Positions 40,663 to 56,455 are shown, numbered from the stretch's first letter. The stretch is 64,000 bases of DNA from Eledone cirrhosa (GCA_964016885.1 OZ024740.1:37944001-38008000); one strand, 5' to 3'. Notes: generated by a model not told the origin, from the sequence alone. Program-made: numbers and translations.

Positions 40663-41039
40663 ATAATTAATGAAGATCATGACTTTGGTAACATGATTGA
40701 TTGATTGAGTTTTCTGTGTCTGTAGATGGTTGATAAAAAAACTGATTCTATCACAGAAATAATGAACGCATGTGAGCTAAATTTGGTCTGAGGTTTCATT
40801 TAAGGTATCAACTGACCAGGCTTTGCAGAGCTTATGATCGTTTTATATAGCCTAAATGTCTTTCTCTTGAGAAATTTTAGACCCTGACTAATGAGGATGC
40901 ACCATAAGAGTTTGTTCTGAGCAAGGTTTACTCCGGACTCTATGGCAATATTCCTGGATTTCAATGCTATTATCAGGTTATACTCATAGCAAGCTGACCA
41001 GAGAAGAGTTGCTTTGTTATGTGGATCTTATTTATGTAG

Positions 41040-41480
41040 GTGACATGGCCAGTCTAGTATCTTGTACATACAGATGACATAACCAGTTAACACTGCACAC
41101 ACAGATGTCAAGACAGTCCATACTGTACATATAGATGTCATGATCAGTCTATACTGTACATATAGATGTCATGATCAGTCTATACTGTACATATAGATGT
41201 CATGACTAGTCAATACTGTACATACAGATGACAAGACCAGTCAATACTGCATATACAGACAGCATGACCAGTCCATACTGCATATACAGATGGCATAACC
41301 AGTCCATACTGCATATACAGATGACATGACCAGTCAATACTGTATATACAGATGACATAACCAGTCAATACTGTACAAACAGATGACATAACCAGTCAAT
41401 AGTGTACAAACAGATGACATAACCAGTCCATACTGTACATACAGATGACATGACCAGTCCATACAGATGTCATGATCTGT
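41040..41480. repeat. 31-bp minisatellite
   Basis: Unit CAGATGACATGACCAGTCAATACTGTACATA. Confidence 0.9.
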
Positions 41481-41553
41481 CTGGCAAATTTAGTTCTTTT
41501 GCTACAGAGTATGTATTAACAAGAGTTTCAAATGTTGGAGTACTTCTATGTCT

Positions 41554-41757
41554 GGGACCTTGTCTTACCATTTAATGTGAGGTGTAAGGGACCGTGTCCT
41601 GCCATATAATGTGGAGTGTAAGGGACCTTGTCTTGCCATATAATGTGGGGAGCCTGGGACCTTGTCTTGCCATATAATGTGGGGAGTCTAGGACCTTGTC
41701 TTGCCATATAATGTGGGGAGTCTAGGACCTTGTCTTGTCATTTAATGTGGGGAGTCT
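41554..41757. repeat. ~34-bp minisatellite (~6 copies)
   Basis: Unit GGACCTTGTCTTGCCATATAATGTGGGGAGTCTA. Confidence 0.9.
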
Positions 41758-42549
41758 ATTGCATGGTAAAATGGTAAAGAGGATGTGAAGTGATGATGAG
41801 TAATGAATTAAATAAATAAAAATTACAAGTTAAAAATATTGGAATTTTATGAAATATGTAAACACTTTTGCTAACAGAGAGAACTAAATAAGTAAAGAGA
41901 TTGGAAGGATAGAAATCTGTTGTACTAATGTTGCTGTTTAACTTATGGACAAAAGACTACACCAGATTTGAATTAATACTTTGTTTAAAGACACTTTATT
42001 CAACAGTATAAATGTAGTAGGAATCACATCAGGAAAGACCTGCTACAAATGTTGACAACAGAGTGCACTTTGCTAAAGGAATTCAAGGGCCAGGTAATGA
42101 AAGGATTAAACTAAGTGCAAGTACAGTCTGACAGACTTCTATACAAATTCCATTACAGACTTCTATACAAATTCCATTACAGACTTCCATACATAAGGTT
42201 GGGGTTTGATAAAATTAAGTTAGAATTTTAGGAAAGCAATTTTTGAAACTTAAGTCACAATTAGAATGAAACTGAAAGGAATTGATCATCATCATTATTA
42301 CTTTATAATTTATGATCTTACAGAAGAATGGGTTGAATGGATATAATATTTATAGATTTATATATTGTAGATAGGCATCACTGTGGGATTGAGGAAGTCA
42401 CTGTACAATCAGATACGAGTAGTTCCAGATTTGATCTCACTTACTCAGCAACTTGAACATGTCATCTTTCTTAACCTCAGATCAGTCAAAGCTTTGTGGG
42501 TGAAATTTGGTAGGCTGAAACTATACAGAAGCCTGTTTCAGTGTGAGGG

Positions 42550-43060
42550 GGAGGAGGAAATGCTCTGAAAGTAAGATAGCCAGAATAAGAACAAGCTGGA
42601 AAAAGTTTAGGAAACCTGTACCACTAGAAAGGGTCTTTCACAGTGAAGAGAAGACTGAATGATGTTTGCGTGTGAACTGCAATACTAAATGGCAACGAAA
42701 CATGAGTCTTGACAGTAGAAGACTTGAGAAAGCTAGAAACAAATAAAGTGAGTATGTTCTGATGTATGTGTAATGTTAGTTTTCATGAATGATGTAACGT
42801 AAGTGAATTAAGAGAAAAACTTGACAAAGGAATTGAAGGTAGTATGCAAGAGAGAAGACCACACTGGAATGGACATGGGATGTGTATGGAAGATGACAGC
42901 TGTATAAAGAAATGCAGAGAAATCTCTGTGGATGGGATTGATGGAAGACATAGGATGAGGTAGTGAAGACTGACCTTAAGAAGCTGAACCTTATAACAAA
43001 AATGACAAAAGACTGCAAGGATTGGCAACATGCTGTTCTGGAGAAGAACCACCTACTAGC
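42550..43060 (+). mobile_element. Old, disrupted RTE LINE 3' fragment
   Basis: agaataagaacaagctggaaaaagtttagg (RIRTSWKKFR), ctggaatggacatg, gactgaccttaag align with the young RTE copies but carry stops and frameshifts. Confidence 0.8.
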
Positions 43061-43919
43061 CTGAAATATGACCTGATCCATTCAATTTCACCTGGTTCCA
43101 CTATTACTCCTTAGTAGATCCTATCACCATCACTGTATACCAGCATCCCATTACTGTGTACCACCATCCCAGTCATGTCTTTCCAACTATCACCCTGTAG
43201 AAACTTAGTTAAACTATTCAAAGAGAAATTGAGTTATATGAGAAAATCCTTCCAAATTCTTGATTATTTTCAAAATGATTAGAAACGTATAGCCAATGTC
43301 TTTTAATAACAATATGGCAACAAAAGAGTTATAGTAAAAAATATCAAACACATCACAGTGAAATAACTGATCACTCAAGTGTAAAGAAAACATTCTGCTT
43401 TAGTAAGAAATTCAATATTTCAAACTGAAAAATACAAATTTCTTCAACAAATTCTGAAATGGATTTGTTTAGTCACTAGAACAGACAAATAAAATAATTG
43501 GGAAACAAAGAAAGAAAGGGAAACTATAAATAAAAAAAATGAAACATGTACAGAACAGCAGAATGACAACTATGTTGGAAAATAAACAAACAGGAATAGA
43601 ATAGAACAGAATAGCAACTATGTTGGAAAATAAACATAAAGCAAAGAAACAAATATAAAATAGTGAGGTTTAAACAAAACTAATGGCCATGAAAGGGAAA
43701 TTCAGAGGGAAGCATATGTAAGAAAATTATTAATGTATTACAAGGGATAAGTTGTTTATAATGGAATAATCTCAGAATTGATAGTATTTCAGTGCTGTTT
43801 ATGGAATATAATATTAGTAATATTAGAAATATAGCTTGAGATAATGATGTTCAATAAAATGTTAGAATTTTATTGTTTCTCTCAAAACAAAATATACTTC
43901 AATGAACATGTTAAATTTA

Positions 43920-44225
43920 TATAGTATATCTATGGCTAGTATATAGTATATTTATGACAACTATATAATATATCTACAGCATGTATATAGTATATAGTAT
44001 ATCTGTAGCAGCTACATAGTATATCTATGGCTAGTATATAATATATCTAAGGCAATTATATAGGATATGTATGACAAATATGTAGTATATCTATAGCATG
44101 TATATAGTATATCTATAGCATGTAAATAGTATATCTATGACAACTGTATAGTATATCTACAGCAACTATATTATATATCTATGACAACTATATAGTATAT
44201 CTATAGCAAGTATATAGTATATTTA
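43920..44225. repeat. Degenerate ~22-bp AT-rich tandem repeat
   Basis: tatatagtatatctatagcatg-like units. Confidence 0.75.
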
Positions 44226-44536
44226 TAATGTATCAAGTTTAATGGAGCCTATTCTTTCTCAGTCATTCTTCAACAACTTAAGATAGTGAAAGATGAATGG
44301 TTGTTAACATATTTCTTCATGTATGCAGTATTAGACTATATAAACTAAAACAAATGTGTTGAAAGTTTATCAGTTGGTCACTAATATTTTTTCTAGCAAA
44401 TACAGGAAATATCTTGATACATTTCTATCATATTCTGGCCACCTCTACAAAATAAAACCTCCCCTTAGCTTGCTAATTAAAAGTAAAATCATTAAGTGAA
44501 TATAAAGACAATAACACTAGAAAAACAAACTTCTTT

Positions 44537-47025
44537 CATCATCATCATCACCGTTTACGTCCGTTCTTCCACACTAGCATGGGTTAGACGGGTTGTCCTG
44601 TTGTGGGCAGTGTCTGGTCGGCTGACCATGCCTTGCTCATACAGGAACTGATTTGGCTTGATTTCTACAGCTGGATGCCCTTCCTAACACAAACCTCATT
44701 TACAGTGAGTGCTGGGTGCTTTTTTGTGGTGCCTACACGTCCACTTTACAGTGTGGGCTGGGTGCTTTTTTGCCGTGGCACCTCCACGACCACCTTGCAG
44801 TGGGGGGTGTGGGAGCATATTGTCTATATGCTTCAGCTTGTACTCATGGGAGGTCGGGTACTCTGTATTACTGCATGACGCCAGAGGTCACTGTCGTGTG
44901 TCATCGCCTTTGAGAGGTGTAATTGGGTAAGGTCGGCTTTTATCACCTCATCCCACGTCATCTTGGGTCTCCCCACTCCGCGGTTTCCATCGACTTCTAG
45001 TGCTCTGCACCTTTTTATGCAGCTGTCATCCTTCATACGCATCACATGTCCATACCAACGCAACCGCCTCTCCTGCACACAGCATTTGATTCCTCTTAGG
45101 CTCAGTCTCTCTCTCAATTCATTTATGCTTTGTCGTTCGCGTATATTACTATTACACATCCATCGGAGCATGCAGGCTTCGTTTCTCTCTAATCTACGTA
45201 AGTCTTCCACAGACAGCGCCCAGGTCTCACTACCATGCAACATCGCTGTTCGGATACACGCATCATACAGTCTGCCTTTCATTTTGAGGGAGAAGCCTTT
45301 TGCAGCTAGCAGTGGTAGTAGTTCCCTAAACTTCTTCCATCCCGTTCTTACCCTAGTTATTGTACTTTTTGAACACCCACCTCCGCTGCTAATTCGGTCA
45401 CCTAGATAGCAGAAGCTGTCTACTGTTTCTACAGAGCCCTCCCAGAGATTGGTGGTACTTGTTTCCTGTGGCTGTTTGCTGCTTGCTGTCTCAGCACAGC
45501 TGCTGCATGTGAATCCTACATTCTTAATTAAGCTTCCTGAGATCCTGCTACATCTCTTGTGTACCCATTGTTTGCATTTGGGGCAGAGAATGGAGTTCCT
45601 ACCTACACCTTTCCTACATACTGAGCAAGGCCATTTCCCTGAGGGGATCTGGGTTCTGTTTTCTCATCTACTTACAAGGACCTTAGTCTTTGTCATGTTG
45701 ACTTTGAGACCCTTTCTTTCTAGTCCCTGCTTCCAAGTTTGGAATTTCTTCTCTAGTTCTACCATAGCTATAAGTGCGAGGTCATCAGCATACAGGAGTT
45801 CCCATGGGCATCCTGTCTTAAACTCCTCCGTTATTGCCTGCAGGACTATGATGAACAGGAGGGGGCTAAGAACAGAGCCCTGGTGGACCCCAACCTGTAC
45901 GCTAAATTCCTCGCTATACTCATTGCTCATCCTAACTTTGCTGACTGCTCCTCTATACATGGCTTGTACCACTTTCACAAGCCATTCATCTACTCCTAGT
46001 TTTCTAAGAGCCCACCAGATTACAGCACGTGGAACTCTGTCAAAGGCTTTCTCAAGGTCGACAAATGCCAGGTAGAGTGGCTTACTTTTAGCTAGGTACT
46101 TTTCCTGTAACTGCCTGACAAGGAAGAGAGCATCAGTGGTGCCTCTTCTTGGTACAAACCCAAATTGCATCTCGTCTAGTTTCACCCGGTCCCTAATCAA
46201 CTGTGCTATAACTCTTTCTGTTACTTTCATGACCTGGTCCATCAGCTTTATACCTCTATAGTTTCCTCTATCTAGTGCATCACCTTTACCTTTGTAGCAG
46301 TTGACAATGATGCTACTGCACCAATCTTTTGGTATGACACCTAGTATTACCTGGTTAACAATACGTGTGGTTATAGTGTGACCTACAGACCCAGATGCCT
46401 TCAGCATCTCGGCAGCTATACCCGATGGACCGGTTGCCTTCCCCATCTTCATATCTTTGATTGCCTTACTTACTACGCTGCTGCTGACTTGTACTGCTGG
46501 CCCCTCTATAGGGTCTACTTGGGGTAGGGTCTCTTCTTCCCATGCATTCTCCTCATTTAGTAATCTATCATAATGACTCTTCCATGCATCTTTCTTCTCA
46601 GCACTTGTGAGGGCAAGCTCACCTTTATCATTCCGGATACACTTCTCTCCAATGACATCACAATTCTCTCTGACACACTGCCTCGCAATCTTGAACACCT
46701 CCTGTTTCTGGTCCTCACGTTGCAAAACATGCTTGAATTTTCTATCCTCTGTTCCCCTCCTAGCTAAGTATACTTGTCGCCTAGCTTCCCTCTTGGTCTC
46801 TATGTAATGTACCCTGCTCCCCCCGTTCTTCCATTCTTTCCATGCCGGTCTCTTGGCCTTAACTGCCTCATCTACCTTATTGTTCCACCACCAAGTCACT
46901 CTCCTCCTGCTTGAGGTCTTACTCCAGCTGCAGACCTCATCCGTCGCCTCTAGTAAGTTATTTTTTAGGAACTCCCTGTTCTCTTCTACATTGAATGTCT
47001 CTATCTGTTCTTCTTTACTTCTGTA
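44537..47025 (-). mobile_element. RTE-clade LINE copy 2 (~2.5 kb, 5'-truncated, full RT domain, nonsense codon at 45664-45666)
   Basis: KGKGDALDRGNYRGIKL, QFGF, FVDLEKAFDRV, QGSVLSP and YADD motifs; (GAT)n tail; no endonuclease domain seen. Confidence 0.95.
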
Positions 47026-47975
47026 TGGAAACTAATTGGTCAGAAATTATCAGTATGTAAGCAAAGGTAAGTTGCTCCCATGTCTACATGACAAGTTTAT
47101 ATAATGATGGACTAGACTAGTTTAAAGCCAATAACACAGACAGGACAGTGGCATTGATAAAGGAACTGCTGATTGTTCAGATCATAATCAAATATTAAGT
47201 ATCTAAGCTTCTCATTGTGGTGCAATGCTAGTGCAACTGTCTGGTGTGAGTGATTTCAACTGGTGATGATATATATCATCATCATCATCAATTAACTATA
47301 TATATATATATATATATAATCAGACAAATAAAAGATAGCAATAGACAGAGTATATGAGAACCTTGAGGTTATTGTAATATTAATAACTATAAGAGAAAAT
47401 GAACATTGATCCATTGGCTTTTTCAGACAAAGATGTTTTTTGCACTATAAAACCATGAAAATACTATACCAAAAGAATACTAGATCTTTATTACATTGAT
47501 ATAAAAGAGTCAGAAATTAAATTATATGTTTAGTATGTACAACTCAGACAGTTATGAAAAAAAAAGAAGGAATATATATCTTTATTATATAAGTAGGACA
47601 TATTTTTAAATGCTACATTAGTAAAATAGAAATTCGTAACCAGTAAAACCCACAATGATAAAAGGAAGAAATGAGATTTTAAATGAAAATAAATAAGAAT
47701 AACAGTGAGGCACATTAAAATATACAACAGAACAATTCTCTAATTAATACTCCATTCCACAAATTACTGATATAATTTTACTTCCAAATTTGTGTGTATT
47801 CATTATTATTTTATTTGATATTTATTTATTTAGGATTGTAAAATTTCATTTAAAAGGCAAGTACAATAAGCATAGCATTGACTAGTAATTAAAAAATCCC
47901 TGGTGTATATTTATAACTTAAGTTTCTGATGATTTAAAGAAAAATTCTTATTTAGACAAAATGGAGCTTATTTAA

Positions 47976-48196
47976 CCCTTTAGCATTTAAAACCAGCTGT
48001 ATCCGCCCAGAATTCTCTCACCTCTTTCTGTTCAAACTGGCCGTAACTGGCTTCTCATCCTTTTTAAAGGTATTATTCTCAAAATAAATCGTACCAAAAT
48101 CTCATGGATTCCATATTATGTGGGATAATTATGTTAGATAAAGCCTTTACCACAAAAATACAATATTAAATATAGAGTAATGTAAATGCTAAGGGG
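47976..48196. mobile_element. piggyBac-type MITE, 221 bp
   Basis: TTAA|CCCTTTAGCATTTA ... TAAATGCTAAGGGG|TTAA; homologous to 51402-51622. Confidence 0.9.
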
Positions 48197-48650
48197 TTAA
48201 ACTAAATGGAAGTGTGAATGAAATAAATATAATATTGTCTTCTGCAATAAGAAATATTTAAAAAAAAATTTATGTTGAAAATATTTATATAATAGAAGCT
48301 AACTAACTTTTTAAAATGCTTCTTAAATCACTATGGTTTTTTAAAAAAAGTATTTCAATATTAAATGAAACCATGTAAATATACATAAGTAGAGAAATGA
48401 TTAGAGAGGGAAGCAAGTGTAAGTTGAACCAATTTTTGTTTTACCTTTAACTAACTAGTCACTGACTATTGGTGAATCTCTTTAATATAGAAACAATAAA
48501 ATATAGTATTTTAATTTAATATAGAAACAATAAAAACACAAGACAAAGAATGGGTATGGAAGACAAAAACTGCTGCAAGGAACAAGCAACTAAACTTACA
48601 ATGTTGAGAACATTGAAAGGGTAGGAGTTAAGAAGGAATAAACAACAAAG

Positions 48651-50410
<1,760 letters not shown>

Positions 50411-50457
50411 ATTTGTTTCAACACACGATTTCATATCAAAAACCTTGCAAAACAAAT

Positions 50458-50730
50458 TCATATATATATAAAAACATATATATATATAAATACATATACA
50501 AATACATATACACATATATATACATACATACACACACACATACATAGATACACACATACATACACACATATATATACATACATATATATATACATACATA
50601 AAATGAAATGATGAATGATGATATACATATACATATATATATACATATACATACATATACATATACATACATACATATATATACATATATATACATATAC
50701 ATACATATATATATATACATACACACATAA

Positions 50731-50767
<37 letters not shown>

Positions 50768-50863
50768 CATATGTATACATACATATACATATATACAAAT
50801 ATATATACACATTTATACATATACACACATATATATATACATACATATATATATATATATACA

Positions 50864-50906
<43 letters not shown>

Positions 50907-50963
50907 TTATATATACATACACACATATATATATACATACATATATATATATATATATATACA

Positions 50964-51008
<45 letters not shown>

Positions 51009-51020
51009 TTATATATACAT

Positions 51021-51053
<33 letters not shown>
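50458..51053. repeat. Compound (TA)n/(CA)n microsatellite
   Basis: Direct reading. Confidence 0.97.
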
Positions 51054-51054
<1 letters not shown>

Positions 51055-51401
51055 TTTAATTCAGTCTTAAAAATTGTCCAAACCTTTTTTAAAGGAAATA
51101 TTCATAACGTAAACAGTATATACCATATGCACTTGTGTATATATATATATACACCATTTGTATACTTATGTATAAGTTGCACCTTTCTCCACAATAATAC
51201 AACCTGCTAAACCAGAAGGTAACTTATCTGTTGGATCTTCAAAACCTCCATATAAAATATGAGGTATATTGTAAATATATGTAAAATGGAAGTGCAATAT
51301 ATCTACCAGTGCAACCTATACATGAGTATATATGAAATTGTAAAAAAATACATTGTTAATGAAACTAGATAATGGTTAAATAAAACTAAAAGTATATTTA
51401 A

Positions 51402-51622
51402 CCCTTTAGCATTGAAACTGGCTGTATCTGGCCAAAATTCTCTCACCTTATTCTGTTCACACCGGCTGTAACCGGCCACCGATACTGATGTTAAGGTATT
51501 GTTCTCAAAATAAATAATATCAAAATCTCATAGATTTGATATTATTTTAGATAATTATGTGAGGTAAAGCCTTTTCCATCAAAATATAATAGTAAATATA
51601 GAGTAATGTAAATGCTAAAGGG
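51402..51622. mobile_element. piggyBac-type MITE, 221 bp (second copy)
   Basis: TTAA|CCCTTTAGCATT ... AATGCTAAAGGG|TTAA. Confidence 0.9.
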
Positions 51623-52739
51623 TTAATAAATATTTTTCTCATATTATTATCATTTTGTTCTCTAACATGAAATATACTGAATATTTCCTATCAACTATTT
51701 TTAAATGTTTCTTCATGCAATTTTCAGTTAGATTACAAATTAGTAATTTAGTAAAAACTGAAAAAACAAAACAAAACAAAAAATAAATCTTATTCTTAAT
51801 GAGAAATTAGGAAAAAAGAGTATGAAAACTGAAGAAAAACAGGGAAGATGGCATCCTTGTGAAAATCTTTATCAGCTTTAGATTTTCTAAAATGTGCCTT
51901 TATCTACATTCTAAGCTGCTACTTGGTTAATATATGGGAGTAATAATACCCTTACAATTGACAAACACCATATGCAAAAACTCCAACATAGTAATGAAAC
52001 TATGATTTATATATATAAATAAAAAATATATTCATAAAACTCTATAGTTACAGATATGTTAAGATATAAAAATATACCTAAACATAACTACAACAATCAA
52101 ATCAGGCCAAACCCATTTTTAAAAATTAATTATTTAAAATTTGAAAAAATATATGAAAAGAAATAGATTTAAAAGTATTAATATTTCAATATTTCAATAC
52201 ACACTTTATTAATTCACCATTAGTAATCCAAGAAAAAGAATTCCCTACCAAAAAGAATGAAAATCATACAAGAGGAAACCTAAAAGAGAGCCAAGCACAA
52301 CCTGTTCACATCAACTCCAAACATGCTGGTAACATCAACAAGGAGAAATAGCTGGTGTTATTTACCTGAAAAATATAAGCATAACAATTATTATTTAATG
52401 GGAATTTGAATTTTGTAATTAACATATTATCAACTACCTGTGCCAAACAGAAGAAATCATGATGGGGGGATATATAAGTACATGAGACAATGGTACAGGT
52501 TCGCTTCTATCATTCCTAGTTGACTTAATACTAATAAACACTTCCCCACTCACCTCCCCTCACCCCAGTCAAATATCACACACATTTTCTCCATGTTGAA
52601 CTTTCCTATTTGCCCCCCCCCCCTCACTCATCTTTGATACACCTCCTCTGCCCAACCCACACATACAAGCATGAAAGCTGGATATGCTCTCCATCTGATA
52701 TCCCACAATGTCATTGCCACCTTAAAAAAAGCACTAAGT

Positions 52740-53085
52740 CCACCCAGTATGCTGATCTGGTGCTACAACAAAATCACCCAGTCTACCCTGTAAGGTGGTC
52801 GTGTTGGTAACACAAGGTGTACAGTCCACCCTATAAGGTGGTTGTACTGGTGACATGACAAAAACATGACAAAATGGTCATTTTGGTGCCATGATAAAAA
52901 GCCCCCATTCCCCATTGGGATGTGGTTGGCATTAGGAAGGGCACCCTACTGTAGAAACCAAGCCAAAATACAGATCTGTATGAGCAAGATATTGGTCACC
53001 TGACCTGACTTGTCTTATAATGTGACAACCAGTCTAACCTATGCAAGCATGGAAAAATAGACATCAAACAATGGTGATGATGATG
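52740..53085 (+). mobile_element. Old RTE 3' UTR fragment
   Basis: gttggcattaggaagggca...gtagaaacc and gcaagcatggaaaaatagacatcaaacaatggtgatgatgatg match the RTE 3' end. Confidence 0.75.
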
Positions 53086-53413
53086 AAACTAACATTTAAA
53101 TACTTTAAATAAAGCAACATGGTTGTTTTTTCTAATGCAGACATTAGCATTAAGTGAAAAATACACAGGATAAATGAGTTCACAAGAGGGATAACAGAAA
53201 TATCAAATGATATATTACTTAATTCTATACATACATAACTCAACATATGAACACAACTACAAATGTTAAGGATACCAAATTCATAAAAATACTTGCTGTT
53301 TTATGAAAATTGTGATTGAATTATGTCTGCTCTTCTCTGGAAGAGTGAAGAAAGAACCATATAGATAACTCTTCTATAAGGGAGAATGGATTCTAGTTGA
53401 TTGATTCATCGAA

Positions 53414-53800
53414 GTCCGTGGATGTCAAGATATAACTGTTGACAGACCCATGTCCATGGATGTCAAGATATAACTGACAGACACATGTCCATGGATGTCA
53501 AGACATAAATGTTGACAGACCTATGTCCAAAGGTGTCAATATATAACTGTTGCCAGACCCTTGTTCAAAGATGTCAAGATATAAATGTTGATTCACCCAT
53601 GTTCATAGTTAGCAATATATGTTAAGTCACCCATTTCAAGACAACTACTGATTAACGCACGTCCATAGATGTCATCATCATCATCATCATCATCATTTAA
53701 CGTCCATCTTCCATGCTAGCATGGGTTAGAAATGTTGATTCACCCATGTCAAGTGTTACATATGACTGTCAATAGTGTTACATATAACTGTCAAAACACC
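53414..53800. repeat. Degenerate 38-bp minisatellite interrupted by a ~57-bp RTE tail (53673-53729)
   Basis: Unit GTCCATGGATGTCAAGATATAACTGTTGACAGACCCAT; (CAT)n-ttaacgtccatcttccatgctagcatgggttaga insert. Confidence 0.8.
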
Positions 53801-54033
53801 CTTCACAGTTTGAAAGACACGTGAACCTTAAATTTCAATATATATCAATTTGTTGACATGACTAAAGTGCATTTCTTTTGCTGTTTGATGATGATGATGA
53901 AATAACAATAAATTGTAAAAATTTATAACCTAAATTTCTTAGGATATTATGAAAAAAAAAACCTCAACAGAATTCTTCAACTAGAACTAAAAATTATATT
54001 TTTATGAATAACAAATCCCTCAAAACCTCTCAC

Positions 54034-54089
54034 CTGAATTCATCTGTATCTGTTGACAATTCTTGTTCAATTTGTAGAAACACATTTAC
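54034..54089 (-). CDS. DOP1: Dopey/DOP1 exon: VNVFLQIEQELSTDTDEF(R)
   Basis: ctttcatctag acceptor, gtgag donor, phase 0->2; resembles DOP1A VQVFLLMEQELT. Confidence 0.92.
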
Positions 54090-55557
54090 CTAGATGAAAG
54101 GAAATTAAAAGAAACAAGTTTTTATCTACCATCCAGTTATTCAATTTGAGGTTTTCTACTGAATTTTAGCAACTCACAAATTTTTTTTAGATTAAAATTT
54201 TCTTTTTAAAACAACAAAAAGCAAGACATCTAGTCAGTCTACTTAGTAAATTATATTTACAAATTATTGTATTAATCAGGGTAACATAGAAACATCAAAT
54301 ATATAGAATTGTGGAGAATATAACAAGAGTGAGAGATAGAAGAGGTGATGTTTGTAATATGAAATGTATATATAAATGATAAAGTTTTCCTTTTAAAATT
54401 GATTTGATTTGATCTAATAATACAAATAAATACTTATTTTTCAAATTTTGGAATAGTACACTAAAAACTATGCCATGCTGTGTTTGGGTGCATGAAGATG
54501 AGTGCAGCAATATAACAATCTGAGTAAATCACATGCAGTTTTTTTCTGGATAGCATCGCTTATGTGCCTTACTGAATATAGCAGTAGAAATGGGAATAGC
54601 AATCTTGGCTTGTAAATTGTTGGGATCTTGTTAATGCAGAGATTGAACATAGATTTATCTGTCAAATAATCCATTGGAGTTAATATTGTAACTATAGAAG
54701 TATTGAAAGCATTCAGTACTTTTTAACTCTTAATGCCTTATACCACATAAAACCACATTAGCAACACCTTGAAAAGTAAAAATCGGTACTATGACTCTTT
54801 TATATTAAAATGTAAAGTTTTTACTCTAATACTGCAAATTTCCACAACAATCTGTCCACTAGTAAAAGTACTATAAATATTTGAGTCAGCACTATGACTG
54901 TTTCACATTAAAATATAATGACTTTAATACTACAAATTTCCACAGTAAAAGTACCGTAAACTTCAGAATTAACAAACTCAGCTTTTGGTATTTTCTACTA
55001 AATCATTACAGGCTATTAAAAGTTAATGTAAATGTATTTATCTAAAAAAGATCAAATCTGTTTGAAAATGTAATGACTTTCTTTGCAATTATTGAGGTTG
55101 AATTTCATTGTATTTTAACGAACAAGTGAGACAGCAATACTCTAAGGATGGTCATTTAATTTTAAAACAAAATATACTTTAATTTGCCAAAAGCCATCCA
55201 TCATATTCCTATAGTAGAATATCAATTGTTGATATGTAACTTCAGAATTCAGCATCTTAAACACTTTAGCTTTAAAAAAAAGTGTTCCCATCAAAATACC
55301 AAAACTGGCTGTCACAAAATCATAAATTGAACTATTATTTCCTATAAAGAAGATTTGTCTACAAGAAACTAGTAGTGAAGTCACTATTTCCAGAAAAGTA
55401 AACATATCTTAAACATTAAAAACATTTTTTGGTGATGTATTTGGTTAGTTAAAACAGAAAGCATGGAAGTTACTTATGAGGGATTGTAAATTATTTCATG
55501 AAAGGGAATATAAAATTAAAATCACAATGAGAATAAATTTAGATGTGAATAACTCAC

Positions 55558-55694
55558 CATTTCAGTAATAATAATTGGCCAAAGTGAGGTCAATTGAAGT
55601 GGAGACATTCTAAGTATTAATACACGGAAACAGAGAAATACTTGTGACATAACAGATGGCACTTGAGGTGTTCTTAAACATTCAGCAAGACGTT
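55558..55694 (-). CDS. DOP1: Dopey/DOP1 exon: (E)RLAECLRTPQVPSVMSQVFLCFRVLILRMSPLQLTSLWPIIITEM
   Basis: aaatag acceptor, gtgagt donor, phase 1->0; conserved VFLxFRVLxLRxSPxxLTSLWP motif. Confidence 0.96.
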
Positions 55695-55904
55695 CTATTT
55701 AGTAAAACAAAAAATATCATCTACTATTGCTTGACATACAAATTTCTGCAGGTCAACATTATTTACTTACCTGACAAAAAAACTATAATTAACAAAGAAA
55801 ATTATTTATTGAAATATTATAAATTAAATTATTACAACTTTAATTAACTTATAATTTTCATTTATATATAAAAAGCAAAAAGTGTGAAAAAAGAAGTGTA
55901 ATAC

Positions 55905-56057
55905 CTTGAATATCTGGCATGTTCCTTTGATATTGGTCTGATTCACTACTTAAAATGGTAAAAGATAATCGTTTCAACATCTGGGCACGTAACTCAAACT
56001 CTTGTTCCTTGCTACTGAAGAGATTCAATGAACCAGACTGTGTTATGGCAACTCGGG
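55905..56057 (-). CDS. DOP1: Dopey/DOP1 exon: (S)RVAITQSGSLNLFSSKEQEFELRAQMLKRLSFTILSSESDQYQRNMPDIQ
   Basis: ctgttgtag acceptor, gtatt donor, phase 1->1; resembles DOP1A SLNLF...LKRLAF...SSExDQYQxxxPDIQ. Confidence 0.96.
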
Positions 56058-56455
56058 CTACAACAGAATGAAATGAGAATCAGTGTGAATCTCTGTGTTA
56101 TGATAACATGGGCTACAACACAGTGAGAATTTCTAACTGTGTTATGATAACATCGGCTACAACACAGTGAGTGTTTCTAACTGTGTTATGGCAACACAGG
56201 CTACAACACAGCGACAATTTCTAACTGTGTTATGGCAACACAGGCTACAACACAGCGACAATTTCTAACTGTGTTATGGCAACACAAGCTACAACACACT
56301 GAGAACTTCTGTGTTATGGTAATACAGATTACAACATGGTGACAATTTCTAACTGTGTTATGGCAACATGCTGAGAACTTCTGTGTTACAGTAACACAGA
56401 TTACAACACAGTGACAATTTTTAACTGTGTTATGGTAACACAGGTTACAACACAT
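56038..56455. repeat. 44-bp minisatellite (~9 copies) overlapping the exon acceptor junction
   Basis: Unit CTAACTGTGTTATGGCAACACAGGCTACAACACAGCGACAATTT; the terminal copy is the exon start plus acceptor. Confidence 0.9.

Noticed and set aside
51121-51335. Another Tc2-like MITE
   Set aside because: Ends resemble the 31385 TIRs but are too degenerate to define boundaries
53294-53338. Exon-like segment after tcttccag
   Set aside because: Stop codon in the required phase-2 frame
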